From the NCBI RefSeq assembly GCF_009914755.1, contig NC_060934.1: 64,000 bases of DNA, one strand, 5' to 3'. Below, one piece after another: positions 1-13,114 of the stretch (position 1 is the stretch's first letter; each line of letters opens with the position of its first letter). Source of the stretch: the human T2T-CHM13v2.0 reference genome, Homo sapiens. The position numbers were made by a program, and so were the translations under genes. The notes below the pieces were generated by a model. That model saw nothing but the letters and a program-made list of their open reading frames with translations, made no database searches and was not told the origin of the DNA.

Positions 1-409
1 AATTCGCTCATTTACTCACTTCTTTGTAGCTCTTTCCACATAGTTTCATATATGCTAAATTCTACATCAGAAAATAAAAGTATTGGTATTCTGAAAACAT
101 TAACTCCTGTCTCTTTATTTCAGGAAGTCAGATTAAGTTTGAAAATCCTCATTTATTCTTGCTAGTTACTAGTAACATTTTATGTTATCCACTAAGATGA
201 TTGGTATTAACCTAAAAGAAATTCAATTTTTACTGCAGTTGTATTTCTCAGAACATGACTATATCAGTTATTTTTATGTTGTTTCCATTTTCTGTATTAT
301 TATAATTTAATAACTGGGGGATGCATATTTGGATGATAATTTGAGATCATTTCTAGGTCTGCAACATAACTAGATGAAATAAGAAGAAATTTTTGTTATT
401 AGATTTAGA

Positions 410-921
410 AAAAGCTGGGAACTAAGATGGGGCTATCAATCAGAGCGCCTCAATTACTGTCCACATGGCACCATCATATGGCTTGGGCTTCTCACAGCAT
501 GGTGGTGGAGTTTTGCAAAGGGAGCACTCCAAAAGCAAATATTCCAGAGGACAAGCTCCAGTGTGCAAGTTTTATCCAGTCTTTCAATGCATGAAACTTG
601 CTAATGTCCCATTGGGGAAAGTTAACCACCTGATAAAAACCAGAATGGGTAGAGGAGAGTTGTGCCCCCAGCCAAGAGGCAGTGGGAGAGGTCTACATCA
701 GCTGGGAAGAGTACTTGGCCACTGACACGGTTTAAAATTCAAGTACATGATACTAACAAAAATTAAAGCAACTTTCAGTTGATTTTGTCATTATTTTTAA
801 GTTCTCTACAGACAATGCCAGCCTTCCAGGGCAGACTATCTCCTTTTGAGGACAGAGACTCCATATGGCATAAATACAGGAAGCATAGTTTCTTTAGGGC
901 CACCAAAATAACAATCTGCCA
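410..921 (-). mobile_element. MLT1K-like MaLR LTR fragment, split by a DNA-transposon relic at ~660-845
   Basis: MLT1-type motifs gcttgggcttctcacagcatgg and cttgctaatgtcccattgg, terminal acaatctgcca; recalled consensus. Confidence 0.5.
700..845. mobile_element. hAT-Tip100 (Arthur1/MER69-like) DNA transposon fragment
   Basis: cactgacacggtttaaaatt...ttttaagttctctacagacaatgc resembles the recalled consensus. Confidence 0.4.
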
Positions 922-949
922 AAAAGTTTGAAAGTTATTTTAAGACAAA

Positions 950-1540
950 AGTCAATAAGTTTGAGCAATTGATTAAATATAGAGAATAAAGGAAAGCAAT
1001 GAGTCAAAAGTTACAGTGAAGAGTGTCTAGCCTAAATGTCTTAGGGTATTGGTTGTCTCTCAAAATAAATAAGTAAACAATGATAATCCTGAGGCCAGGA
1101 AACATTTTAGTAACATAAGATGTGTTTAGTGAGAAATGTTGATAAAATTTCTCTGTAGAAATTCCCAAAATGTAATGAAAAATGTGTTTGCAATTTATGT
1201 CGGGGGGAAATATGTGTTGGAAATATTGAAGTGTGGAGAGAATAAAATGAGGAAAAGTGAAGAAAGATGAGGCACTGCAGCGGGGTGCTCACATTTCAAA
1301 ACTAATAGGATGGAATAAGTCAGGAAATAGGCTTAGTGAGAGGGCAGTAGAATCGAAAGAAACCAAAGAAGGAGAACATGTCAATAAGTAGTAGATAGTT
1401 AATTAGGCAAAATGCTAGGGAAAAAAAATAGTAATATCCAAAAATAGGCCAATTAACTTAGCTCTTGGGATGTCCCTTCTAACAAAACATTTCAGCTGAA
1501 TAGTGCGGAAAAGTCAAATTGTAAAAGGTTGAGGAGGAGC
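950..1540 (-). mobile_element. L2 LINE fragment
   Basis: Purine-rich degenerate L2 3' region (gagtcaaaag...gcctaaatgtc). Confidence 0.45.
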
Positions 1541-1559
1541 AATGACCATCTAACTAACT

Positions 1560-1690
1560 GCACCTGGCATTTGAGTGACCACTATGATGAGCTTACCATA
1601 CAATATCTTATTTAATACAACAACCCGGTGAGGCAGGTCAGAATCACATTTCATTGTGTCAAAAAAATTATCTGAAGCTTGGAAACACAT
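1560..1690 (-). mobile_element. MIR SINE fragment
   Basis: tttaatacaacaacccggtgaggcagg matches the MIR core antisense. Confidence 0.5.
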
Positions 1691-1895
1691 AAAAGAGAGA
1701 CCTGGATTATTTTTCAGTGTGGTGCAGATTTGACTTTTTATTGTCTGAACAATTTTTGAGTTTGAGAGACACAGGTTAACTTTAAGATTTTGGCCCAGTA
1801 GAGATGAAAATAATTACTCTTTGGTGGAACAGATAATGTCTTTTGTAAATTAACTAGCTTGTGTCTAAAGTAGTTTCCTTGTAAAATTCTCAAAT

Positions 1896-2192
1896 TGTTG
1901 ATTATACCTTTAAAATATTGTTTTGACTGGTCTTAATTGCAGTTTGACTGGTCCTTCTTTGCAGTTCCTTCATTGCATTCTAGAGGAAGTTGCTCTCAAG
2001 GACTGGGGTGGGGTGGGTACCCCCCAGGCTCATAGGTGTATCTACATTCCTAACCCTGGTGTCTTTATGGTGGGGTGTGGGAAGAAGAGAACCTTAGCTA
2101 AGAAACTTTTCTCCATTCTGACTCAGTATTTCTGTCTCCCTAGCCTTTCCCCGTCTCCCTTCTCCAGACACTGAGGGTTCATAAAATTGCAG
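1896..2192 (+). mobile_element. MER74 (ERVL) solo LTR, 5' part
   Basis: ttgctctcaaggactgggg...aaccctggtgtcttt...ataaaattgcag; continues at 3564 after an L1 insertion. Confidence 0.7.
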
Positions 2193-2193
2193 A

Positions 2194-2348
2194 TCCTGAC
2201 TATTTTAGATTTTACATATAAGTGAGATTATGAAGTATTTGTATTTCTGTGTCTGACTTATTTCACTTAACATAATGTCCTCCAGTTTCATCCATATTGT
2301 CTCAAATAACAGGATTTCCTTCTTTTAAGGCTGAATGGTATTCCTTTA

Positions 2349-2380
<32 letters not shown>

Positions 2381-2794
2381 TGTACTGCACTTTGTTTATT
2401 CATTCATCCATCATTGAATCATTGAATGTTTAGGGTGTTTCCATATTTTGGCTATTGTGAATAATGCTGGAATAAACACAAAAGTGCAGATATTTCTTCG
2501 ACATACTTATTTTATTTCCTTTTGATATTTCCAGAAGGGAGCTTGCTGGATCATAAGGTAGTTCTTTTAATTTTTTGAAAAACCTCCATGCTGCTGTCCA
2601 TAATGGCTGTACCATTTTACATTCACACCAACAGTGTACAAGGGTTCTCTTTTCTCCACATCCTCACCAAGTTATCTTTTGTTTTTTTTTGATAATAGCC
2701 ATCCTAGCACATATGAGGTTATATATCATGGTGGTTTTGACTTACATTTCCCTGATGATTAGCAATGCTGAGCACATTTTCATACACCTGTTGG
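2194..2794 (-). mobile_element. L1MA8-10 element, inverted 5' segment of a twin-primed insertion
   Basis: Antisense L1MA 3' region; its left end abuts, in the consensus, the start of the sense segment at 2795. Confidence 0.85.
2349..2383. repeat. (TG)n microsatellite
   Basis: Direct reading. Confidence 0.95.
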
Positions 2795-3563
2795 AAACTC
2801 ATAGTAGCAGACAATAGAATGATGGTTGCCAGGTGCTAGGGAAAGAAGAAACAGGGTGAAACTGGCCAAAGGGTAGAAAATTTCAGTTAGGCAAGATGAA
2901 TAATTTCTGGAGATCTAATGTATAGTAATGTGATTAGTTTACAGTACTATAGTATATACTTGAAATTTGCTAAGAGGGTAGATTGTAAGTGTTCTCACCA
3001 CATACACACTGCTAAAACAAGTTTAGCCTAAAGCTGTCTCCTTACATATTTTAAGTCTGGCTTAAAGGTTTCTCTGTACATCGTGAACTGTAACAAGTGG
3101 AGGTGTAACCAGACCATGGCCTGTGCTTCCGCCAATCACTAAGTTTTGGCCAATCAAATGTAGCTAACAGTTGGAACCCTGTTCAAATAAGGTAAACACT
3201 GAGCTGTAACCAATCCAGCTGTTTCTGTACCTCGCTTCCATTTTCTGTACATCACTTTCCTTTTTCTGTCCATAAATCTTCTTCCTACACGTGGCTGTGC
3301 TGAAGTCTCCAAAAATACTGGCTGGGAAGAGTGCCGAATGTGTAAATTGTTCATTGCTCAATTAAACTCTTTTAAATTTAATTTGGCTGAAGTTTTTCTT
3401 TTAGCAACACAAAAAATGGTAACTGTGAGGTGATGCACATTCTGATTAGCTTGATTGTGGCAATTATTTTACAATGTATACATATATCAAAATATCAAGT
3501 TGTACACCTTAAATATGTACAATTTTTATTTGTGAATTATACCTCAATAATGCTGGAATTAAA
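2795..3563 (+). mobile_element. L1MA8-10 3' end (sense segment), interrupted by MER57
   Basis: aaactcatagtagcag...tacctcaataatgctgg plus A-tail; degenerate TSD aaaattgcag (2183-2192) / aaaaatgcag (3564-3573). Confidence 0.85.
3010..3406 (+). mobile_element. MER57 (ERV1) solo LTR
   Basis: TG...CA ends, agtttagcctaaagctg start, attaaactc polyA region, 4-bp TSD ACAC (3006-3009 / 3407-3410). Confidence 0.9.
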
Positions 3564-3797
3564 AAAAATGCAGGAGCCTTTTGCCAGGGCTCCTCAGCAG
3601 TGAGATAATTCTCCCCTGTCTATCATGTGTCCATTAAAGCCTCATCCGGTGCTGTCTTTTGGGGGAAAATAAAATACTGGTGAACCATTGCCTCGCTTTT
3701 TTGCCTCTTGCTGTGCTGTCATAATACATAAAGAAAGACTTAATTGTTAGTTTCAGCTTGGCTTATTCTAATTGACCACCTCCATACCTGGCAGCTA
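3564..3797 (+). mobile_element. MER74 (ERVL) solo LTR, 3' part
   Basis: tgcaggagccttttg...cagcagtgagat...gaccacctccatacctggcagct continues the 1896-2192 segment. Confidence 0.7.
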
Positions 3798-4379
3798 ATC
3801 ATGTTCAAATCAAAATATTAGCAATTCGATTTAAACAGAAATTTGACAATTTGGACACTGGGAAACACGTAGGATATAAAAAAGATGCCTTAAAAATTCT
3901 AACTTACATTCAATGTGTGATTACATTTTGCCAGGCATGTAGCTCTTTTAAAGGATAAAGTATTTATTTGATAATTGCAGCAAGCCCAAATAGATGGAGG
4001 TGTTATATTGTGCTACTAACCTTACAAAAAAAAAAGAAGTTAAAAATGGATGATAATAATCTGAACAGAAGGAAAATAAAAAGAAATCTGGGAAGAAATA
4101 GAAGCACTAGGGATACACCAATTTGATGCCCCTTTCTTAAGTTACCAACATGTTGTCAACTAAACATGGGACACTTATACTTGTACATGGGTTTGGTAAT
4201 GAGAGTAAGAAAGTGGTCAATAAAAAGAGAGAGACTTTTTCTTAGGATAAGTCTAGCATGTGTGCATGCATTCTGGTACCTGGAAAAAAAAAGAGAATAG
4301 GAAGAGAACAACTGAAGATGCCAGAAAAAAAGAGAAAACTCTTTTTCCAGAAAAATTTTGGAGAAAGAAGGAGGGGATC

Positions 4380-4760
4380 GGGTTGAAATCACAAGTGAAA
4401 AGGTCAGCACTATAAAAAGAAGAAGGTTGCCTTTTTCTCAAAGTCTGGAGGAAAGAAATAGGGAAAAGTAAAAGTGCAGGAATAATAAGAGGCAGTAGAG
4501 ATGGATTTCAGCAGGTAGCAAGGGGTGGAGGGATGGAATTCTCATTCGATGACCTCAATCTGCTCAGGAAAATCAGAGACAAGGTCATGCACTGAGGATG
4601 AAAAGATTTGAGGTTGATTGGAAGGGACAGGACTGGAGCAGCCACTCAGGTAATGCATTAGAGAGTGAACGTGAAATAAATAAGAGAATCAGTAAGCCAA
4701 GGAGAGAAAAGCAGTGTTGTTACTTGGTCTGACACTGTAGTCTGAGACTGAAATGCATAA
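4380..4760 (-). mobile_element. L2 internal fragment
   Basis: ctcattcgatgacctcaatc...aaggtcatgcactgagg resembles the L2 ORF region antisense. Confidence 0.35.
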
Positions 4761-4989
4761 AGAGGAATTGTTGGGACCCAGGATTGGGGGATTCTCAAGG
4801 TAGTCACAGAGGAGGGAAAGCAAGCCTGAGATTTGAGAATATTGAGAAAGAAGCACCCCTGAAATGTCTCGCCAGAGCATTTAAACAGGGTGGAAGCAGC
4901 AGCCTGGCTGTCACTGCTACATGTTCCCATAGCATCCTGTAATTCCACCATCACAAGGGGATTTAATTGTGTATTTGGTAAGCTTCCCT

Positions 4990-5105
4990 CAACTCAGCTG
5001 TAAGCAACCCCAGTGCAGGGTTGTGACTCCCTTATTCATTCCCCAATGTGCAGCAAACACAGCACCTGCCCCATATGTAGAAAAGAGCCAATAAATAGTC
5101 ATTTA
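4990..5105 (+). mobile_element. L2 3' end
   Basis: ctgtaagc...gcaggg...aataaata tail pattern. Confidence 0.4.
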
Positions 5106-5872
5106 CATGGACTTTGACCAACTGTGTTGTAACCTTCTGGCATTTATACTATTCTAGATCCCATTGCATTTTCTCTCCTGCGTTTTCTCCCTGCTGGAGG
5201 CTCTGATCTTCATGACTCATATATGTCCTGATGCTGACCTGCCTACCTGGCTTTGTCTAGTATACTTGTCCCCACCTTTCAGGCAGATTATCTATTCCAG
5301 AATCATTCTTCTCCCTTGGGTACTAGTTTCCAGCTATCCCTTTCCCAGCTTATTGCTTAAATTCACTCTATGTGCTGACTCTTTTTATGCCTAACACCTG
5401 ACTCTGGTGCACTAATATCAATAGAGCAAGACAGGAAAACCTCATGCTGAAACACAGACAGCATCAGGAGACAGAACTAATCAGGTCAGAGTTAGAACCA
5501 GGGGAGAGAAGTTCTAACACCTGGCATCAGTAAAGAGAATGTAAATGCAGGTGAGAAATATGTGAAAGGCTGAGAACCAGAAAGTCAAGAAGGGAACAAA
5601 AAAAGTAGTGTTGAGGGTGCCAAAACAGTGATAAGTTATAAGGATTAAGCTTGAATTTGTGGGTTAAAAGAGATAAGGCTGGTGACTCATATAGCACAAA
5701 TACCTCAACTCTGACACCTATGGCCTTTTAGGGACAAAGAAAGAAACTGACACTTAAAAAGAAATCATATGTATTTGATTATATTTGTGCCCATAAGCAT
5801 GGTACATTGTAATTATTACCAGGGGATCTATGGGTTCAGAGCAGTTATATCATTTGGGATCAGGGATATCAG

Positions 5873-6350
5873 TCCATGAATTCAGCAGACATTTGTTGTA
5901 CACCCACTGTGTGCAACTTAGGAATACTCAGAGCAATAACAAAGGCATGGTCACTGTTTTCAACAGGTTTACAATCTTGGGAAGAAGAGAGACATGAGAA
6001 TATACTTTGAGCAGTGGTATCTTCAAATGGTAAGATAGAAGATGGGAGAAACTCTCCTCCCCTGGAGGCGTCAAGTGGGGCTTCTAGAGCAGGTGACAAT
6101 GGAGTGAATCCTAAAAGATGATAGGGGTTCACTGGGAAGGAAAATTCTTAAGTCATAGGAAAAAGTACATCTCAGAATATGCCACTGTGAAACAGCACAT
6201 TTCATCTGGCAAACTGTGGGTATCTCAGCATGGTTGGCACATTGAGCAGTATCAGAGAATGATAAGAAATAAAACTAAAGAAAGTAAGCAGGTGCCAGAT
6301 GACTAGGGCCCTTGCCATGGGACATTGCAATCGTACGCTGTAGGTGAGAA
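5873..6350 (-). mobile_element. L2 3' fragment
   Basis: attcagcagacatttgttgtacacccactgtgtgc...catggtcactg typical L2 3' end antisense. Confidence 0.6.
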
Positions 6351-6564
6351 GAAAAGTCTCCATGAAAAAATAAGGAAAAGCACCAGGAAATTTGCAGACA
6401 TGGGAATAGAGAATTCATGGGAAACATGACGCTTTTTCAGATATTAATGGAGTAAAATGCAGAAATGTAGGCTTCCTGTGGTATTCCATGTAACTTAAGT
6501 AGGGTAAATTTGTGGAATTTAAAGAAATACTCTATATAAGGAAGATCTTTTGTTTCACTGAGGT

Positions 6565-6650
6565 CCTCCAGCAAATGAATTGACAGCATCGTGAGATAGT
6601 GAGTTTCCTATTTTAGGAGGTATTGAAGTAGAGGCTGCAGTCAGCCTATA
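6565..6650 (+). mobile_element. L3/CR1 3' fragment
   Basis: gagatagtgagtttcct...ggaggtattgaagtagaggctg. Confidence 0.4.
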
Positions 6651-7769
6651 AAAGGCATACTAGAAAGAGGTGATGTGAGAAGTAGAAAAGACAACCAGTA
6701 CTACCTCAGGTTGTAAGATTTTCTATCTCTCCTGTACTTCAGAATACCAGGATGTTATATGCTCCATAGATGTTGAGCATTTGATTGTCTGTAGCAAAAT
6801 CAAAAATTAATCTGGCATAATCCTTTAACAATTTCCAGGACTCAGTGGTTCTGTGAAAATACATCTATAAACCAACTTTCATAATTTAAAGAACTTCTCA
6901 GACTTTGGAGGATGAGATTTAAAGCTAAAAGTGCAAAAAGGTAAAGTTCCTAAATTACAGATAAAATCATTTAACCTGTTTAAAATCCATTTCCTGATGT
7001 TAAGGATATTTTAGCCTTCATTCCAAAAAGACATACAGTCAATTATATTCAAGGATTTTAAAACAGACTTTACTCCACTCAAGCGGCATTTATAACAAGA
7101 CTTGTTCTTTAACAAGAATCTTGTTCCTATATTTCTCTAAGTCTAATTTATCTTACTTGAATTATTTTCCATGGAGATTGAGGTCAGAAGGTATGTCAGT
7201 CTTATCATTTTTTATCCCAAATGTGACGTGCTCTCATAATTGCATTTAGCTTACCAATATGTGTAATGACATACAATTGTTCCTGCTAAATATTAATTAT
7301 GTAAAGGAGTTCAAATAGATGAAAATTTATGAATAGGGCTATTATTCTTTTTTAAAGCTAATTTTTTTGTCAATGAAAGAGTATTTGACAAATTTTTTTT
7401 GTATTTTAATGAAATCAACTCATGAGAAATCAGAGAATTGGTTTATGAATATTGTTAACATTTCTTAAATCTACCTGTTTTAGTTTCATTCAAATCGTAC
7501 ACCACAAAGTAAATACTGACTTAATCAGCAAGCATTTCCAGACAAATACTGCAGTTTCCAATTAAGCAAGGCAAAACCACAATGCAACCATGGAGAGTCT
7601 GTTTTGCTTCATTGCATTTTGCAAAGTTTCCCTTATTGAACCTTTACTCAGGAAATAGAAGGTCAGTCTCTTTGGGAAGTCTGAATCTTATGTGGTCATC
7701 TCCTCATTCTCTCATCACCCTGTTACCAGCCATTAGCAGCTTTTTCTACACCTTATGAATTGTCTAGGA

Positions 7770-7925
7770 ACTACTTCCCAAGCCTGGATGTTCATCAGAA
7801 TCTCCAGAAAATCATGTTTAAAAATATAGATTACAAGTTCCAAGATCTACAAGCTTTAGATGTAAGGCTCTGAAATCTGTATTTTTCTTAATAGAAGTTC
7901 CCCATGAGGAAGTGATAGAGCGAAT
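7770..7925. mobile_element. MER5A-like hAT-Charlie MITE
   Basis: catcagaatctcc...aaaaatatagatt...gaaatctgtattttt motifs. Confidence 0.5.
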
Positions 7926-8648
7926 CCTTGACTAGTGTTGTGTGCAGATTCAGTCTGAGTCCCTTGATAACCAGCTTTTCTCTGGAAAGCCAGATTCTTT
8001 ACAAATGGTCTCTACAGTTGTTCTGAAAGTTCCATATGAGAAAATGTCTACTATATAGTCTCTTCCAGTATTGTATTTAAGTTTCTCCAGTACTTTTCTA
8101 CCACTTCCATGGGCCCAACTTTCAGATGTTTTCCCCATCACTAGTTTTCAAGCCCTGGGGTAACCTCAAGTGCTCTGAGAAGAGCCATAATGCAAAACAA
8201 ATCTTGTCCTTCATACTTCACCATCTACAAATGCCTTCACTTACTTCCCAGCAAAGCATCCCGAGCTTGTGCACAAATTCCCCTTCTTCCCACATGTAAT
8301 ATTTACAGGCTCTATGCTTTCAAAATCAACTTTACATAGGTATAATTCACATACAACAATTGTACCCATTTTAAGTGAATGTTTTATGAGTTTTGACAAA
8401 TTTTTATACCTGTGTAACCACTTCTACTATCAGAATACAGAACATTTCCCAAATATTCTCTTGTGCCCCATTCCAGGTAATTCTCCCCAAGCTCCAGCCC
8501 CAGAAAACTTCTGACTTGCTTTCTGTCACTGTAGAGGTCCATATAAATAGAACCATGCAATATGTATGCTTTTGTGTATAGCTTCCCTTGCTCAGCATAA
8601 TTGTATTAGTCAGGATTCTCTAGAGAAACAGAATCAACAGGAGATGCT

Positions 8649-8777
8649 TATATATATATATATATGGGTATATGTATATATATGGGTATATATATGGGTA
8701 TATATGGATATATATGGGTATATATATGGGTATATATAGATATATATACGAGTGTATATGTATAGATATATATATAT
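8649..8777. repeat. (TA)n-derived compound microsatellite with TATATATGGG/A variant units
   Basis: Direct reading; expanded at the MLT2 internal TA tract. Confidence 0.9.
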
Positions 8778-8931
8778 GGAGAGATTAATTGAAGTGGCTC
8801 TTGCAATAATGGAAGCCAGAAGGCCAAAAATCTGCAAGATAGGCCAGCAAGCTGGAGATCAAGGGAAGAGTCAGTATTGCATTTCAAGTCTGAAGGCCAT
8901 CTGCTGGCAGAATTCCTTCTTGCTTGGCAGT

Positions 8932-9089
8932 CAGGAAGCGAGTCAGAAGTTTTCTGGGGCTGGAGTTTGGGGAGAATTAACTGGAATGGGGCACAAGAGA
9001 ATATTTGGAAAATGACTACTGGGGAAATGTTCTATATTCTGATAGTAAAAGGGGTTACACAGGTATAAAAATTTGTCAAAACTCATAAA
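8932..9089 (-). repeat. Inverted local duplicate of 8383-8525 inserted in MLT2
   Basis: Reverse complement matches with 7 substitutions in 143 nt plus a 15-nt indel. Confidence 0.95.
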
Positions 9090-9209
9090 GGCTTTCAAGT
9101 GATTAGATGATGCCCACCAACACCATGGCAGGCACTCTGCTTTATTCAAAGTTCACCAATTTAAATGTTAGTTGCATCCAAAAAACTCTTCATAAAAACA
9201 TCCAGAATA

Positions 9210-9507
<298 letters not shown>

Positions 9508-10493
9508 TCAAAATAGTATTTGACTTCCATGACCCAGCAAGTTTGGCACATAATACATAAAATTAACATCAAAATAATGTTCCTGTGATTCATCCACATT
9601 GTCATATACCCCAATCTGTTTCCCCTTTTTATTATTGAGTAATATTCCATTCTGTGATATAGCACCATTTGTTTATTCTCCTATTGATGGAAACCTGGAT
9701 ACTTTTAATTTGGGGCTATTACGAATAAAGGTGCTATGAGCATATATATACAAGTATTTGTGAGGACATATGTTTTCATTTCTCTTGGGTAAATATTTAT
9801 GCGTGGGATTGCTGGGTCATATGGGAAGTATAAAGTAGTTTACTATTTTAAATTCCAAAAAGTAATGTAGGAAAGTTCTACTTGCTTCATATTTTTACCT
9901 AAGTCCTGGCACTTTCCATTGTTTTTATTGCAGCCATTCTAGTGGTGTATAACAGCATCTCACTGTGGTTCAAATTTGTGTTTTCCTGATGACAAATTAT
10001 GTTAAGCATCTTTTTATGTATTGACTGGCCAATTTATATATTGACTATATGTATTATGGTTCCATATCATTGCCCTTTTGTGAGATGTCTGTTCAAATGT
10101 TTTGCCCATTTTTAAAATAAGGTAAGTTACTTCATATTATGGAATTTCAATATAAATCTTTTGACAAGTACATGTTTTGCAAGGTTTTCTCCCAGTCTGT
10201 GGCTTGACTTTTTTCTTATTAGTCTCATTAGAAGAGCGGAAGTTTTTAATTTAGTGTCCCATTTATCTTTTTCTTTCAGAAGTTGTATCTTTGTTCAATT
10301 AAAAAAAAATGCCTACCACAAAATCAGAAAGATTTTCTCCTATGTTTCCTTTCAGAAGATTTTTAATTAGTATTTACTTTTAGATTTTAATCTATGACTT
10401 ATTTCAGTTTATTATTTATGTACTGCATGAGGCAAGTGTTGATATTCATTTTTTTTTCACTTGGATAGCCAATTGTTTTAATACCATATTTTC

Positions 10494-11250
<757 letters not shown>

Positions 11251-13084
11251 CATACCATTTTTCATAAGGCTATTCTATCCCCAATTAATTGCCTTGTCAC
11301 TTTGGATGAAAATCAATGACAAATATGTACGGATCTATTATTGGCCTCTCTATTCTGTTTCACTTACCTATATGTCTATCCACATGCCCATACAAGATTA
11401 TCTCAGTTACTGTAACTTTATAATAAGTCTTGAAATCTGGTAATGTAGGTCCTCCAATTCTGTTCAGCTCTAACAAAATTGTGTTTGTTATAGTTGTAAT
11501 TTTAACTCTAGCTGCCAATGCATTTTATATTACATTAAGCTCATATGTATTAACCCTTACTTTGATGTTTTCATAGGATTAAATCAATGGATATAAAGAA
11601 GCATAGGAAGAGACACAGCACCTTCTTTTGGGTCTGCAGAATTATCCATTTATATTTACCTTTTTCGGCATAGCTAAGTCCTTCAGTAGCTTAACTGCTT
11701 ATGGCTTATGTGTTATGGTTCTGTATCATTGCCCTACATATTAAACTACTATCACATAAGACTTTCACTTCTGCTCATTCGCAATGAATCTCTGCATTGT
11801 AATTGTATTGCCTGTCCCTGTAATCTCTCAAAACTCAATCTCCTGGTGCTTTAAACATTTGAGTTCCTTTAAACTCAGACTACCTGCTGTCAGTGCCTAT
11901 TTCCTAATCTTAAAAACAGCATCTGAGGTCTAACCTCGCCAGAGCTTAGATGCCAAATAATCACCTTTATGACAGTACAAATGCCATTGCACATTTTGAT
12001 GGCGCTCTCACTGTGTCAGGACAAATCCAATTTCTCATCTGCTCCCACTGGAAGCCTCCTTCTTCCTTATTGATTCATAACTTATATTTGCTATTATGAA
12101 GCCTCCCTTCTATATATCATTATATGTATTTTCTCAAGGTAAATCAGTATGCATGGTTTGCATCCATCCCCAATTATTTTTTTTAATAAAACAAAGGCCA
12201 AAAAAGCAAAAGGATGGTTGAATCTGGGTGCTCTGTTTTGAAGGGTATGTATACTCAATTATTTCCAAGGAATGAGATAAACCAAAAAAAATGTATATTA
12301 AGAGCAGAGGGAGAAGAGAAGAAGGAATATCTTTACTCTGGAAATAACAAGAATGAAATGACAGTCAAAGGAGCAGAAATCCAGATAAACGAGAAGAGTC
12401 TCACTTGCATATTTTGACTCCCAGAAGCCTCTTCCACAGCCTTTTCTCAAATGTCAAAGTGCTATTGTTATTTGTCAGTACTCTAATGCAACTGAACCTA
12501 GATCTGAAACCTTATGACCCAGCCTCAGTAACCTCCAGTGTAACTGCACAGGTCACCACTTCGATTTTATTCTGCAAATCTACCAGACCTTACATTAATG
12601 TCCATGTCCTTAAAAATATAGAGGGTGTGACTCATGGCAGAAAAGTTAAAGAAGAAATATATATAGAGAGAAGAAATATATATAGTCTATATTTCTCTCT
12701 CTATATATATCTATAGATAAATCTCAATCTCGATTGAAATTTGCAAATAAATGTTTAATTCTAACTAAAATTTAAAAGAAAAATTTCCTAAACCAGAGTG
12801 AACTTATTGTCCTTAACTATGAAAACTAAAACCCACTTCAATTTTTTAGATTAAACTGTTTTTATTTTAAAAATTTTCCACCAATTGTTTCTCTTTTTTA
12901 TTTTACTCCACATGCTTAGAAGAACAAACTTGTTGAAATAACCTTTCAAAAATAAAAGGATCAATCAGCAGAGGAGTGTTTTATTAATTGCATTACATAG
13001 GAAATTAAATGAGATTTCAAGTTCCATTCAGAATCTTCCAGAAAAGCATAGTTCTATTCCAGACTCCTGCTATAGACAAAAATG

Positions 13085-13114
13085 AATAAATAAATAAATA
13101 AATAAATAAATAAA
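13085..13114. repeat. (AAAT)n
   Basis: Direct reading. Confidence 0.9.

Noticed and set aside
8634-8887. Y/I/H-rich ORFs here and at 63622-63989
   Set aside because: Translations of TA/TG microsatellites.
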